Shown here in pieces: positions 1 through 9,023 of a stretch of 47,728 nucleotides of DNA; position 1 is the first letter of the stretch; every line of letters begins with the position of its first letter. Position numbers and translations under genes: made by a program. Origin of the DNA: a virus (Duplodnaviria > Caudoviricetes); IMG/VR virus record IMGVR_UViG_3300030043_000013, positions 1 through 47,728 of that record. One strand, written 5' to 3'. Below the pieces are notes generated by a model. It saw only the letters and a list, made by a program, of their open reading frames with translations, searched no databases and was not told the origin of the DNA.

Positions 1-204
1 TTGCTTGAGGTACGGTCACATCGGTACCCGTAGCAGACACTGAAGCCGTAAACGGCGACAGGTTGTACGTGTAGATTTGAGTCGTACGTCCAGCAGACTT
101 AGGAATCTGGCGCTCTGCGCACAAACCCTGGAAACCAAGGTGAGCGAACAGTGCACGGACGGCCAAACGGTCATAGAAGACCGCCTGGGTTGAAGGGAGT
201 GGTG
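1..204 (-). CDS. Major capsid protein, exon 2 (runs off the window); N4-gp56-like
   Basis: Open frame (S)PLPSTQAVFYDRLAVRALFAHLGFQGLCAERQIPKSAGRTTQIYTYNL resembles the N-terminus of N4-gp56-type capsid proteins; follows terminase-portal-scaffold. Confidence 0.8.
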
Positions 205-220
205 CAGATTTGTTACGTGT

Positions 221-646
221 TTAGATTTGACCGCGAAGATTTAAGGCGCGCATCTTGAGATACAACTTCTCTCTTTTAGATGGACTAGAAGCCCGCCCCA
301 TAGCTATAAACTTCTGCGCTATGATGGCCTGCTTCCGCTTTGCTTGAAGAAAGGGCGTGATATTATCAAGAACACTAGTTAGATGTTCCCGAGAAGTGGT
401 CCGCCAGTTGTACGCAGTTTTGCACCGCGCACGCTTTCTGCCTTTGGAAACCCGTCGTCCTTCGGCATGCTTGGAAAGCCACCGAATGATGGACAGATTT
501 GTATTGGTGATAGTCAACTCTAGATTGTATTGAACGTGCGTTCTATGTATTTTACCGCGCTTGTCAACAGGATGGTTTTTAGAAATGCAGATACAACCTT
601 CCCCGTCAACCAGCCCAGCAACATACGCGCTATGTGATGCGTTCAT
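221..646 (-). CDS. Single-motif LAGLIDADG homing endonuclease (intron-encoded)
   Basis: AYVAGLVDGEGCI motif, LTITNTN, PFLQAKRKQA; AGGAG RBS. Confidence 0.92.
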   Translation of the reverse strand: MNASHSAYVAGLVDGEGCICISKNHPVDKRGKIHRTHVQYNLELTITNTNLSIIRWLSKHAEGRRVSKGRKRARCKTAYNWRTTSREHLTSVLDNITPFLQAKRKQAIIAQKFIAMGRASSPSKREKLYLKMRALNLRGQI

Positions 647-670
647 TTTTCAATCTCCTATATCAACCTA

Positions 671-700
671 ATTGTATCACACTCTTACATCTAGTGTCAA
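671..700 (-). promoter_or_regulatory. Intron-internal sigma70-like promoter for the endonuclease
   Basis: TTGACA-18nt-TACAAT with TG upstream of the -10. Confidence 0.65.
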
Positions 701-916
701 GGACAATCTGCTGGTATAAGTAACAAGGTCAGGGCATTTCTGCCTGACTCATACGGTTTCTATTCCCGTATGCTCGGACTGTCGCATTACCCCGAGGGGT
801 ATTCTCTCGCTCAGTCTCTACTGGTGCTTTCGCTTCCAGTCTGTTCCCGTTTCAGGGTTCAGCTTAATCAGAGAGAATTCATGACCGCGCCTTTCAGCGC
901 AGCAGGCCCGAAATTG

Positions 917-956
917 AGCCGATAACAAAGGAAGCTGAATTATTTCCAACAGCCAT
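917..956 (-). CDS. Major capsid protein, exon 1
   Basis: ATG at 956 after AAGGTGA; MAVGNNSASFVIG plus 1 nt joins exon 2 in frame (T+CA = Ser). Confidence 0.8.
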
Positions 957-1066
957 TTGTCACCTTCACATTTTTACAGGGAGAAACGCCTTCAGGCGTT
1001 CGCCCCCTCTTGGCTAATGCTGAACAGGATTAAGCCGAAGCAGTCTGTCTGTACCAATCAATCAGA

Positions 1067-2254
1067 TTAGTATTGGCGATTCACGGGCTTGTTTAGGGCA
1101 CGCGCTTTTTTAGCCAGTTCAGACAACGGCAACGCTTTTAGTTCCGCTACTGAGGGTTCGCTCGAAATGTTGCCTTCCTCGGTTAGCTCAAGTTCGGTGC
1201 TTCCACCGGACGTTGAAAAACCAGGCACCAAGCCAGTCGACCCCCTCTTTCGTAGTTGTGGCTCCGGGGCGGGCGCGGCTGCGGGCGCTGTTGATACAGC
1301 GGCGGCAGGCGTCGGCACTGGAGATGAATCCTCATCTTCCAGCGAGTCCACAATTACGGTCGGTACTTCTACTTCAAAACCGGGTCTAGCGTCCAGCTCT
1401 TCACTGGCAACTAGCTCCTCATACGCACGCACAAGATTCTTGTACGTGATGACTGCTTTCTTCTCATTCAGAAGGTCCAAAATCTTCTGAGAGTTTTCAG
1501 CAGTCGGATAAAATTCGGGATAATCTTCCTTGAAAGACACAGATGCCTGGGCAGCGATAGCGTTGACCAATTCCTTCTTTGCTTCCACTGGCATTTTGTC
1601 GTAGACTTCCTGCGACACAGGCACTTGGTACGTGTGCTCGTATTGGTCGCCCAGCTTTTGCTGACGAACCGTGTCGCGAACCTTCATCGTCGCGTTGCCC
1701 TTGCCTTCGAGCAACTTGACCATCAGGCCGTTCTTGGTCGAAGCAACGAAGCGTTCCGTGCCCGCACCAACTTTGTAAGTGATTTCGGCCACCCACTCGC
1801 CATTCTTCTGAGAAATCTCGCCAACGAAATTCTTGGTTTCGATACGCTCGCCGCGCTCGTTACGGTTCGTAGACTGAGGCGGGGGAGCTACCGGAGCTTG
1901 ACGTTGCTCTTGGGCGGTTCGGGTGACGGTCGGCTGCTGCGTCTGCACAGGAGCTGTTCTGGTCGCCGGGACCGGAGCCGCGACTTGCGGAGTAGGAATA
2001 ACAGGTGCCTGCCCGTTTGTGTTCAGGATGGCATCCGATGCTTGCTGCGCTAGCGCTTTCTGGTCAGCGACGGAAAGACCCGCCAACTGGGCGTTGCGGA
2101 AGGCGTCGCGGCGCGCTTGATTTGCGGCCTTGATGACTTCGCTGCCTGGCGCTTGCCCGGCTGCCAACATTGCAGCGCGCGCTTGCTCCACGGTCAACTG
2201 TTGCTTGTTCTGACCAAACTTCAACACTTTTTCTACTTTCTGGAATCCAGCCAT
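1067..2254 (-). CDS. Probable head scaffolding protein
   Basis: Between portal and capsid; Ala/Gln/Pro-rich, acidic, short helical C-terminus; AGGAG RBS before ATG 2254. Confidence 0.6.
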   Translation of the reverse strand: MAGFQKVEKVLKFGQNKQQLTVEQARAAMLAAGQAPGSEVIKAANQARRDAFRNAQLAGLSVADQKALAQQASDAILNTNGQAPVIPTPQVAAPVPATRTAPVQTQQPTVTRTAQEQRQAPVAPPPQSTNRNERGERIETKNFVGEISQKNGEWVAEITYKVGAGTERFVASTKNGLMVKLLEGKGNATMKVRDTVRQQKLGDQYEHTYQVPVSQEVYDKMPVEAKKELVNAIAAQASVSFKEDYPEFYPTAENSQKILDLLNEKKAVITYKNLVRAYEELVASEELDARPGFEVEVPTVIVDSLEDEDSSPVPTPAAAVSTAPAAAPAPEPQLRKRGSTGLVPGFSTSGGSTELELTEEGNISSEPSVAELKALPLSELAKKARALNKPVNRQY

Positions 2255-2296
2255 TTGCAATTCTCCTTTTGTCACCAATCCCGGCGACTTGGGTCG

Positions 2297-2680
2297 TTAA
2301 TCTCGGACGAGAACGGGACGCTGTACGGATGCGGCGCTCTCGACTGTATTGCGCATAAAATCAAATGTGAACTTCGTACTGATGCGAGCTTGACGCAGTT
2401 GCGCGATTCTATTTTGCTCGACACCGGAATAGTTTAACTCTGCCTCGCGGGCAAAGTTGGCTTGCTCTTCTGCCAATCTAACAAGGGCCTTGAATTGTTC
2501 CATCAAAGCCAAGGTCTTGATGAGCTGAGCGGTTTCGTATTCCTTCATCGCGCTTGCGTATTCTTCTTGCGAGAAAGTTTCCGAGGTGCCTGAGTCGTCT
2601 GAATAAAGAGCATCTTCGATGTCGATGCCAATCTGTTCGGTCGACTCTACTACGATGCCGTCAATGAAACGTCGAGCCAT
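2297..2680 (-). CDS. Hypothetical head-module protein
   Basis: 127-aa ORF tightly packed after the portal. Confidence 0.6.
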   Translation of the reverse strand: MARRFIDGIVVESTEQIGIDIEDALYSDDSGTSETFSQEEYASAMKEYETAQLIKTLALMEQFKALVRLAEEQANFAREAELNYSGVEQNRIAQLRQARISTKFTFDFMRNTVESAASVQRPVLVRD

Positions 2681-2683
2681 GAA

Positions 2684-4786
2684 CTACTCCCCAAGAAGTC
2701 CGCCTGACAACTCGGTGCCTTCTTCCTTTTCCTGTTGACGCTCCAGAGACTTCACGAGAATAGCCTGGCTCGCGCCATCAAGCGCGGACGAACTGTTCTG
2801 TTCCATTGTCTGTGCGTGCTCTTGTGCTGAAAGCTTCGAAGCGCTGTCGTGCATCTGGGCCAAGCGTGCCTGCGTCGCCTTCATGTCAATCATCTTCGGA
2901 TTGTTCTGAGCTGCTGCTTGCTTGTCCTGGTCCGTCATGTCAATAATCATGTCGTCTTCGCCGTCCCATCCGCCTGAAACTTCCACGCGGCGGGTGTACT
3001 CCAGCCAGTTAACTTTCTTATTGATTGATGCCAAACCTGTGTTGACAGCAGGAGACATGAGAATCTGACCCTGGAGCGGCAACGATTGAATCATGCGCGC
3101 CTTCGCGGCAAGGTTCGAACCAGCCAGCATCTTGAATTCGATATCGGAATTGTTGGTCATATCGAGCAACAAGTCGCCCTTGTGGTCTTGCTGCATGGCC
3201 TGCCATACAGAGCGTCCAACAATTTCACGCATCTTCGCTGGCGGCAACCACATACGGTCCATCTTCAAAAACGAGTACAGCACGGGAATCAAAACCTGCA
3301 AAGCGCATACGTCCACGAAACTCTGGATACGATTGGTCGAAGCGCTCGATACTGCTGATGCTCCCGCAGCGGTACGCATGCCTGTGCCCTTGCCTGCGCT
3401 GCTCTGACCACCTTGGACAGTGATAGAGTTTGCGCCTGTGGTCTTCTCGGCGTCCGCGACCAGCACATCTTCTTCCTTGTACGTTTCAGGAAGGACAGGC
3501 TGCTTCACAAGCGGCTCGAAGTTCTCCATGCTCGAAACTTTGAACACAGCGCCAGGATACGACTTGATGGGCTGCGCGGCGATGTTGTCACCCTTCAAAA
3601 CCTTCCACATGTTTTGCATGTTGAGGTTGATAGAGTCCATACGCTTGTTGCGCAGTCCCTGAATGTGAGTCTGTACGCCGCCGATGCGACGCGGGATGCC
3701 GTACGAGTAGAACGTGCCCGGAACGTCGTCCCAGAAGCAGGACACGAACGGGATGACCCCAAACGGGTTGCCCATGTTGCGGATAATTAGTTTGCGCTGC
3801 AACACTACGATGCACGTGTCAGCAGTCCAGTATTCCAGAACCTCAAGCTTGTGGTCCATCGGGTCTGGGCTGGCGTCCATGTAACGCGGAAGCGCGCGGT
3901 GTCCCTGTGTGGGATATGATGTGCCTTCAGATTCCATCACAGACGAAGGGGCTTGTTCGTTCGGAGGCTCTGCCAATCTCTTCAAATCGGCTTCCGAAGG
4001 AATCATGTACCCTTCGAAGTCGCGTAGACGGTTCAAGTCGCGCAGGGTCAAGTAGTCGCGGTAAACGACGTACATGGCTTCGCGAACATCTGGTGAGCGC
4101 AAGTCTGGGCTCACCAAAAGATGGTTGATTTCAACGCGCTTGAGATACGGCTGTGCGATAAGTTCGACACTGTCGTACTCTACCAACTCGTCTGACTCTA
4201 CCGTGTCGATGATGGTCGGAGGCTGACCAGGAATCGGGCTCGGAATTGACGACGGCTGAACGGCGCGCTTGTAGCGTGTGATTTTCTTTTCGTAGGACTC
4301 AAATCCAAACTTGCCCAAGCCCGTGCCGAAAATCAATGCGTCCTTCATAATCAAACGGCAAGTTGCCTTGACGTTGGCCTGACGCAATTGATTTGACAAA
4401 ATACTTTCCCAACCACGCGCAACTTGGCGAGGCGTGCCTTCATTGGGCTCGGTCGCAAACGGAGTCAGCTCGGGGAACAGCGCGGGCAAAGCCTGGTCCA
4501 TGATAGAACTTACGTGCTGTTGACACAACGGGAACGAATTGTTTGAGCGAGGCACACGCGTGTCGCGCCAATACTGCTGGCGGTTCGGTGCATCATAGAG
4601 CTGCTTCGCAACGCGCCATTCCGACAACCACAGACGCGCCATGAGAAACTTTTCGGCACGCTCCGTCGCCTGGATAACCAGCGATAGAGCAGAATCTTCG
4701 GTTTTGACTTTGCCACCCTGGAGACTGAAATCCTCAGTCTTCTGGTTCAGCGGCATAGCGGTCGTATTTGGCTGCGGGAGAATCAT
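2684..4786 (-). CDS. Portal protein
   Basis: 700 aa directly after terminase; DALIFGTGLGK, EVLEYW, NPFGVIPFV, FYSYGI, RTAAGAS segments typical of podovirus-type portals. Confidence 0.85.
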   Translation of the reverse strand: MILPQPNTTAMPLNQKTEDFSLQGGKVKTEDSALSLVIQATERAEKFLMARLWLSEWRVAKQLYDAPNRQQYWRDTRVPRSNNSFPLCQQHVSSIMDQALPALFPELTPFATEPNEGTPRQVARGWESILSNQLRQANVKATCRLIMKDALIFGTGLGKFGFESYEKKITRYKRAVQPSSIPSPIPGQPPTIIDTVESDELVEYDSVELIAQPYLKRVEINHLLVSPDLRSPDVREAMYVVYRDYLTLRDLNRLRDFEGYMIPSEADLKRLAEPPNEQAPSSVMESEGTSYPTQGHRALPRYMDASPDPMDHKLEVLEYWTADTCIVVLQRKLIIRNMGNPFGVIPFVSCFWDDVPGTFYSYGIPRRIGGVQTHIQGLRNKRMDSINLNMQNMWKVLKGDNIAAQPIKSYPGAVFKVSSMENFEPLVKQPVLPETYKEEDVLVADAEKTTGANSITVQGGQSSAGKGTGMRTAAGASAVSSASTNRIQSFVDVCALQVLIPVLYSFLKMDRMWLPPAKMREIVGRSVWQAMQQDHKGDLLLDMTNNSDIEFKMLAGSNLAAKARMIQSLPLQGQILMSPAVNTGLASINKKVNWLEYTRRVEVSGGWDGEDDMIIDMTDQDKQAAAQNNPKMIDMKATQARLAQMHDSASKLSAQEHAQTMEQNSSSALDGASQAILVKSLERQQEKEEGTELSGGLLGE

Positions 4787-4794
4787 TCAATCCT

Positions 4795-6618
4795 CTATGC
4801 AAAGAAGTGGGTGGTATCTTGGTCCAGGTATTGCGTGTCTGCGTTCGACTCGTCCGCGTGCGGGTCGTACGCTTCCGCTTTAGGAGGCTCGGGCTCCCAG
4901 GATAGAATGGGGCCTTCGGACTGCATCACGTTGACGACATCAAGATTTATCAAATCACGATAGTGCTTCCAAACTTGAGCGATGCAATCAGGGCCGTCAT
5001 CCTTGCGACGCTTTGCGTCGACGGACCACTTTTCGAACTGCGCTCGAATTTCGTCGTAGTGATTCATGTCCTTGCTCAGGAACACGAAGCCGGGTTCAAG
5101 TTTCTTTGTTACCTTGTTGATTGGTCCGGTCATCGCGCTTGCGAGCATCGCGATGTTCACGTTTTTCAGATTGCCTACTGCGCCTTGACCTTTTTGGGGC
5201 AAGATGAAATTCAGAGGCATGATGTCGAAGTCCAGCTTCTTTGCTGCTTCGATTACATAGCCCTCAATGTTTCGGACGCCCACCGCGTCTTCCGCGCTGT
5301 GGCCGATGATGGGGCCGATTGCCATTGCCTGCATGTACAGATTCACTATCGCGGCAACCATGTCCTTGCCTTTCGAGAAGCGTGTCATCGTGGTCTGCAC
5401 GACAAAAGCTTTTTGCGTACTCTTCTGGAAAAGAACAACCACACCGCAAGAATAATCAACTTCACCAATTTCTCTGCGTTTGCTCCACACCGAACCCATA
5501 TCCCAGTGGATAGCGACTGCGCGGTCGTGAATCGGAATCTTCAACCACTCCGCACGTTCGACCGATTGCAGGTTCATCACTTCTTCTGTAAAAGCCTTTG
5601 GCATTTCCAGAGAAGCGTCGAGCAGATATTGCTTGTAGAAATCTTCACGGTTCTTGTGGTAAATCTTGAACAAGAAACGTGCACTAAGTTTCTCAGGCCA
5701 GGTCAAATCGACATCAGCGGCGGTCAGAATACCGTTCTTCTCGCGCTCTTTGCGTGCATCAACTTCGGCTACCGAACCATCAGCGCGCAACGTCCATGCA
5801 GGCAAGACAAACAACTTGCAAGTTTGTTCACCGGATTTCTCAAAATCCTCTTGGCTCTTCTTAACGATGTACGCGGGCAAATCTTCTTCGTGCCATTTAG
5901 TGCCCAAGAAGATACGCTTAGACATTCCCGGCTCGACTAGCTCGTCTGTTTCGTCGTAAGACCCGTGAGTCTTTTCGCAATTTTCAAGGTTGTTCGAATT
6001 TTGCTCGTTTGTCGCGTCGTCCAACAGAACAAAGTCGCCGTGCCATCCAGCCTTGACTGAATCGAAGCTGGCCACTGCCAGGGTCGGGTCGCGATAATCA
6101 ATTTCGGGGTCGCGGCGCGGAGTTGTGAACTCTTCTGCCGTGATGTTCGAATCATCTATCGCCCAGTCTGGGAACATGAAGCGAACGACTGCGTTCGTCA
6201 GAAACGGCTTGCGGGCAATATCAAGAATGCTTTGCGACTTGTCAATCTTTCCCGAGATAATGAGCGCGCGCAAATCCGGCGCACACAAAATTGCTTGGGT
6301 CAGCCAGGCCGCACCAATCGTGGACTTCAACATCCCACGCGAAGCGAGGATAACGTGTTCTTCGAACGCGCTCCACTCTTCGACTGGCTTGTCTGGGTCA
6401 CACTTCGGAAAAGCGTCGATGATGCGACCGTGAACTTTCTCGACCAGGGTCGGGAACTTCTTGGCGTTCGAAGGACGAAGAACGCAGTTCGCCAGAAAGC
6501 GCAAACTGTGTGTCATCGCAAATCTAACCGCATCTTGCGCGGTAGTCGACATCGACTGGACGGTTTCAATGCTCAGACGAATCTGCATGCCTGGGTCATT
6601 GAGATTGTAGATGTCCAT
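4795..6618 (-). CDS. terL: Terminase large subunit
   Basis: Walker A ASRGMLKST, Walker B FVLLDD, LGTKWHEEDL, nuclease HWDMG and DDGPD. Confidence 0.9.
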   Translation of the reverse strand: MDIYNLNDPGMQIRLSIETVQSMSTTAQDAVRFAMTHSLRFLANCVLRPSNAKKFPTLVEKVHGRIIDAFPKCDPDKPVEEWSAFEEHVILASRGMLKSTIGAAWLTQAILCAPDLRALIISGKIDKSQSILDIARKPFLTNAVVRFMFPDWAIDDSNITAEEFTTPRRDPEIDYRDPTLAVASFDSVKAGWHGDFVLLDDATNEQNSNNLENCEKTHGSYDETDELVEPGMSKRIFLGTKWHEEDLPAYIVKKSQEDFEKSGEQTCKLFVLPAWTLRADGSVAEVDARKEREKNGILTAADVDLTWPEKLSARFLFKIYHKNREDFYKQYLLDASLEMPKAFTEEVMNLQSVERAEWLKIPIHDRAVAIHWDMGSVWSKRREIGEVDYSCGVVVLFQKSTQKAFVVQTTMTRFSKGKDMVAAIVNLYMQAMAIGPIIGHSAEDAVGVRNIEGYVIEAAKKLDFDIMPLNFILPQKGQGAVGNLKNVNIAMLASAMTGPINKVTKKLEPGFVFLSKDMNHYDEIRAQFEKWSVDAKRRKDDGPDCIAQVWKHYRDLINLDVVNVMQSEGPILSWEPEPPKAEAYDPHADESNADTQYLDQDTTHFFA

Positions 6619-6619
6619 T

Positions 6620-7132
6620 CTATGCCTCTAGGTGTTCTTCACCTTTGACAGCGTGTTCGCCTTTGGCTGGCGTGTTGCCGCCATCTTGGCGAGTCTGTTC
6701 CTTTGCTGGAGTTGGCTTGGTGTTGCCGCCCCACTTGTGCTTGCCAGCAGCGCCGCGAGCTTCGAACACCTTGCGATATTCTGACTGTCGTCCACTTGCC
6801 GGAATTACTGTTTCGCCTGCCTGAAGATAGTGAGGGCCATCTTGCTTGACTACGCCACCGTCGTGCATAACGGGCATGGTCTTGTCCATCTCTTCTTGTC
6901 CTACTTGACGATTGGTATCGGCTACCGAACCAGAATGCTTCGCAGCTTCTGCAATGCCTTTGTTCGCTGTCGCCATCATTCCGTCGCCGCCAGCCTTCGC
7001 TGTGTTTGTCGGCTTCGGAGCGTTGACGCCAGTGGTGGAACCTGCTGCCTTGGCCATAGAGCTTGGGAAAGCCTTGTTGGCGTTCGACAGGATATTCTTC
7101 GCTGTTGAAACTGGGTCGCCTTGCTGTGCCAT
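6620..7132 (-). CDS. Hypothetical low-complexity protein
   Basis: ATG 7132 with AGGAG RBS; HDGGVV...LQAGETVIP segment seen in virion proteins. Confidence 0.55.
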   Translation of the reverse strand: MAQQGDPVSTAKNILSNANKAFPSSMAKAAGSTTGVNAPKPTNTAKAGGDGMMATANKGIAEAAKHSGSVADTNRQVGQEEMDKTMPVMHDGGVVKQDGPHYLQAGETVIPASGRQSEYRKVFEARGAAGKHKWGGNTKPTPAKEQTRQDGGNTPAKGEHAVKGEEHLEA

Positions 7133-7133
7133 T

Positions 7134-7553
7134 TTAGGCTCCTGGTGTCGGCTGCTGAGGTGCGCCGCCTGCTGCTGGAGCGTTCGGGTCAGGCTGTGCG
7201 CCTGCATCCGGTGCGCCGCCCTGGGGCATTGCGCCAGCGTCTGGTGCCGCTGCGTTCGCGTCGCCAACGTGTTGTTCTAGCCCGTCGTGCGCGCCGTCAA
7301 GGTCTGGTGAAGTATAGCTGGCCATTTCCTTACCCGCCGCGTCCGTGTGACGTGAGGTGTGCGTACCATCTTCGTGGTGCTCGATGTGGGTGTGCTTCGG
7401 CTTCTTTTTCTTGCCGCCTGGCTGACGCTGTTCGCGCGGCTCAGTCTTCTGCTTCGGCTCGGACTTCATCTTTGGTCCGTTATCCTTGGACAGAATTGGA
7501 GCGGCGGTTGCCTGGGCTCCTGCTGTTGGGTCTTGCATGGGCATGTCTGCCAT
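7134..7553 (-). CDS. Hypothetical protein (His/Lys-rich core, disordered)
   Basis: ORF with GAGGG RBS, contiguous with neighbours. Confidence 0.55.
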   Translation of the reverse strand: MADMPMQDPTAGAQATAAPILSKDNGPKMKSEPKQKTEPREQRQPGGKKKKPKHTHIEHHEDGTHTSRHTDAAGKEMASYTSPDLDGAHDGLEQHVGDANAAAPDAGAMPQGGAPDAGAQPDPNAPAAGGAPQQPTPGA

Positions 7554-7620
7554 TGTATTTCCCTCGTTCAAGATTGGTTGTTCAGGCGGGCAGGATTAGT
7601 GCCCGCGCTTGAACGGAGAC

Positions 7621-7899
7621 TTAGAAGCGCTTTGAAGCGCTGATGCGCTCGGCCTTCTTGGAGTCATGTGTTTCCTTGGCGTTGTTGACCGGGGTGTTGC
7701 CGTCGCCGTTGTCGTTACGGGTTGGCTGCATCGGGCCGCTCACGGTGTCATCGAAGCGTGACTTTGCCGTTACACGCTCAGCCTTCTTGCAGTCATGCTT
7801 CTCGCCGCCGACAGGAGTGTTGCCACCGCCGTCCTTACCATCGCGACCTGTATTCTTCGCTGTTGGCATCGGGTCTTTTGAATCGCGCTTGCTGTACAT
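7621..7899 (-). CDS. Hypothetical protein with internal duplication
   Basis: Two copies of GNTPV...HDxKKAERxxAxxRF; AAGGA RBS. Confidence 0.6.
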   Translation of the reverse strand: MYSKRDSKDPMPTAKNTGRDGKDGGGNTPVGGEKHDCKKAERVTAKSRFDDTVSGPMQPTRNDNGDGNTPVNNAKETHDSKKAERISASKRF

Positions 7900-7968
7900 G
7901 TGATTGTCCTTCTTACTGAATTTTACTGCTAATGCGCCACTCCCTCGCGGGCAGTAGTAGGAATCTTT

Positions 7969-8280
7969 TTATGTGAGCCAAATCCAAAGTACGCCGCTGG
8001 AAATTTGGTTCACCGTGAAATCGCGCCAACGCTTCGGCTTGGCCGTCCAATCCCAAATCTGAGATTGACCAGCAACTTCGCAGGTGCCCTGCAAAAGGTT
8101 GAAAGCGTTTTGGTCTTCGATTGAGAAAGTGTCGGTGGTCGCAGTGACCGGGCTCTTCCATTCAATCTTTTCAATTCGCAAATCGTAGAAAGTTCCGTTC
8201 GATGCTGCGATTTGAGCCTTCCATGATGTGAGCATCGCGGTGTCGATACGGATTGGATTGTTTGTGAGAAGGTTTGCCAT
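7969..8280 (-). CDS. Hypothetical, probable virion protein
   Basis: 103-aa beta-rich ORF with RBS. Confidence 0.55.
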   Translation of the reverse strand: MANLLTNNPIRIDTAMLTSWKAQIAASNGTFYDLRIEKIEWKSPVTATTDTFSIEDQNAFNLLQGTCEVAGQSQIWDWTAKPKRWRDFTVNQISSGVLWIWLT

Positions 8281-8296
8281 TGTGTGTCCCTAAAAT

Positions 8297-9013
8297 TTAG
8301 TGTCTTACGCCGCGCAGACCATTGTTCAGTCCGATGCCAAGCCATGACTCGTTACCGCCACCACCAGCAGATGCTTGGTAGAATGCCGCGATACCCGCGC
8401 CACCTGATTGCGTTATCAGCAAACCCCATCCGGCTGTCGCACTGTTGCCTGCGGCTGTGCCATACTCAAAAGCGTTGAATACTACCGTTCCGCTCGACCC
8501 TGCGGTTTCTCCAATCGTGAAACCAGAACCCGCAGTAAGGCTGGTTAATGTTTCCGCAGCGTTTAGTCCAAGCCATCCAATGAGAAAGTCACCACTCATC
8601 GTTACAATCGACGGGCTAACAGGAGAAGTTGTGGTAGAGAAAGCCGCAGAGTTTGCGTTTCTCAGCGTGTTCACCCCGCTGATTTCTCCGATTTCCATCA
8701 AGGATACAGAAGCCGACGCACTCAAATGACAAGTGATTGTCGGTTTCGTACCGCCGTTTGTTCCAAACTTGTAAGCAAAATATATGTTGTAATTAGGAGG
8801 AGCCTGTAGCACACCAGGAAGAACTACCCAAGTCCCGCCACCATCCGTATCGGAAACGCTGGACAACGTAGCTGCGGGATTGTTGAAGATTTGAATCCCC
8901 ACAATCAACATATTGCCTGGGCCAGTGTTTTGAGTCGTAAATTGCAACGCGGGCGTTTGCGTGCTGGTCATGCTCGCCGTGGTGCTTACGCCTTGAACGA
9001 ATGCTCCTGCCAT
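8297..9013 (-). CDS. Probable virion structural protein (beta-rich)
   Basis: Gly/Ser/Thr/Ala-rich composition; adjacent to the fibre gene. Confidence 0.55.
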   Translation of the reverse strand: MAGAFVQGVSTTASMTSTQTPALQFTTQNTGPGNMLIVGIQIFNNPAATLSSVSDTDGGGTWVVLPGVLQAPPNYNIYFAYKFGTNGGTKPTITCHLSASASVSLMEIGEISGVNTLRNANSAAFSTTTSPVSPSIVTMSGDFLIGWLGLNAAETLTSLTAGSGFTIGETAGSSGTVVFNAFEYGTAAGNSATAGWGLLITQSGGAGIAAFYQASAGGGGNESWLGIGLNNGLRGVRH

Positions 9014-9023
9014 CGATTAATCC

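Larger units (their letters stand above)
205..916 (-). ncRNA. Group I self-splicing intron (712 nt) in the major capsid gene
   Basis: P1 GGCU^C-AAUUUC-GGGCC with U.G at the 5' splice site; P7 GAGACUG/CAGUCC; P9 hairpins; UUGUUAC (726-720)/GUAACAA (216-210) stem brackets the ORF; terminal G at 205; splicing restores the reading frame. Confidence 0.9.

Noticed and set aside
206-216. Alternative intron 3' splice site at the G of ACACG
   Set aside because: It gives the wrong frame and breaks the UUGUUAC/GUAACAA stem; G205 restores the capsid frame.
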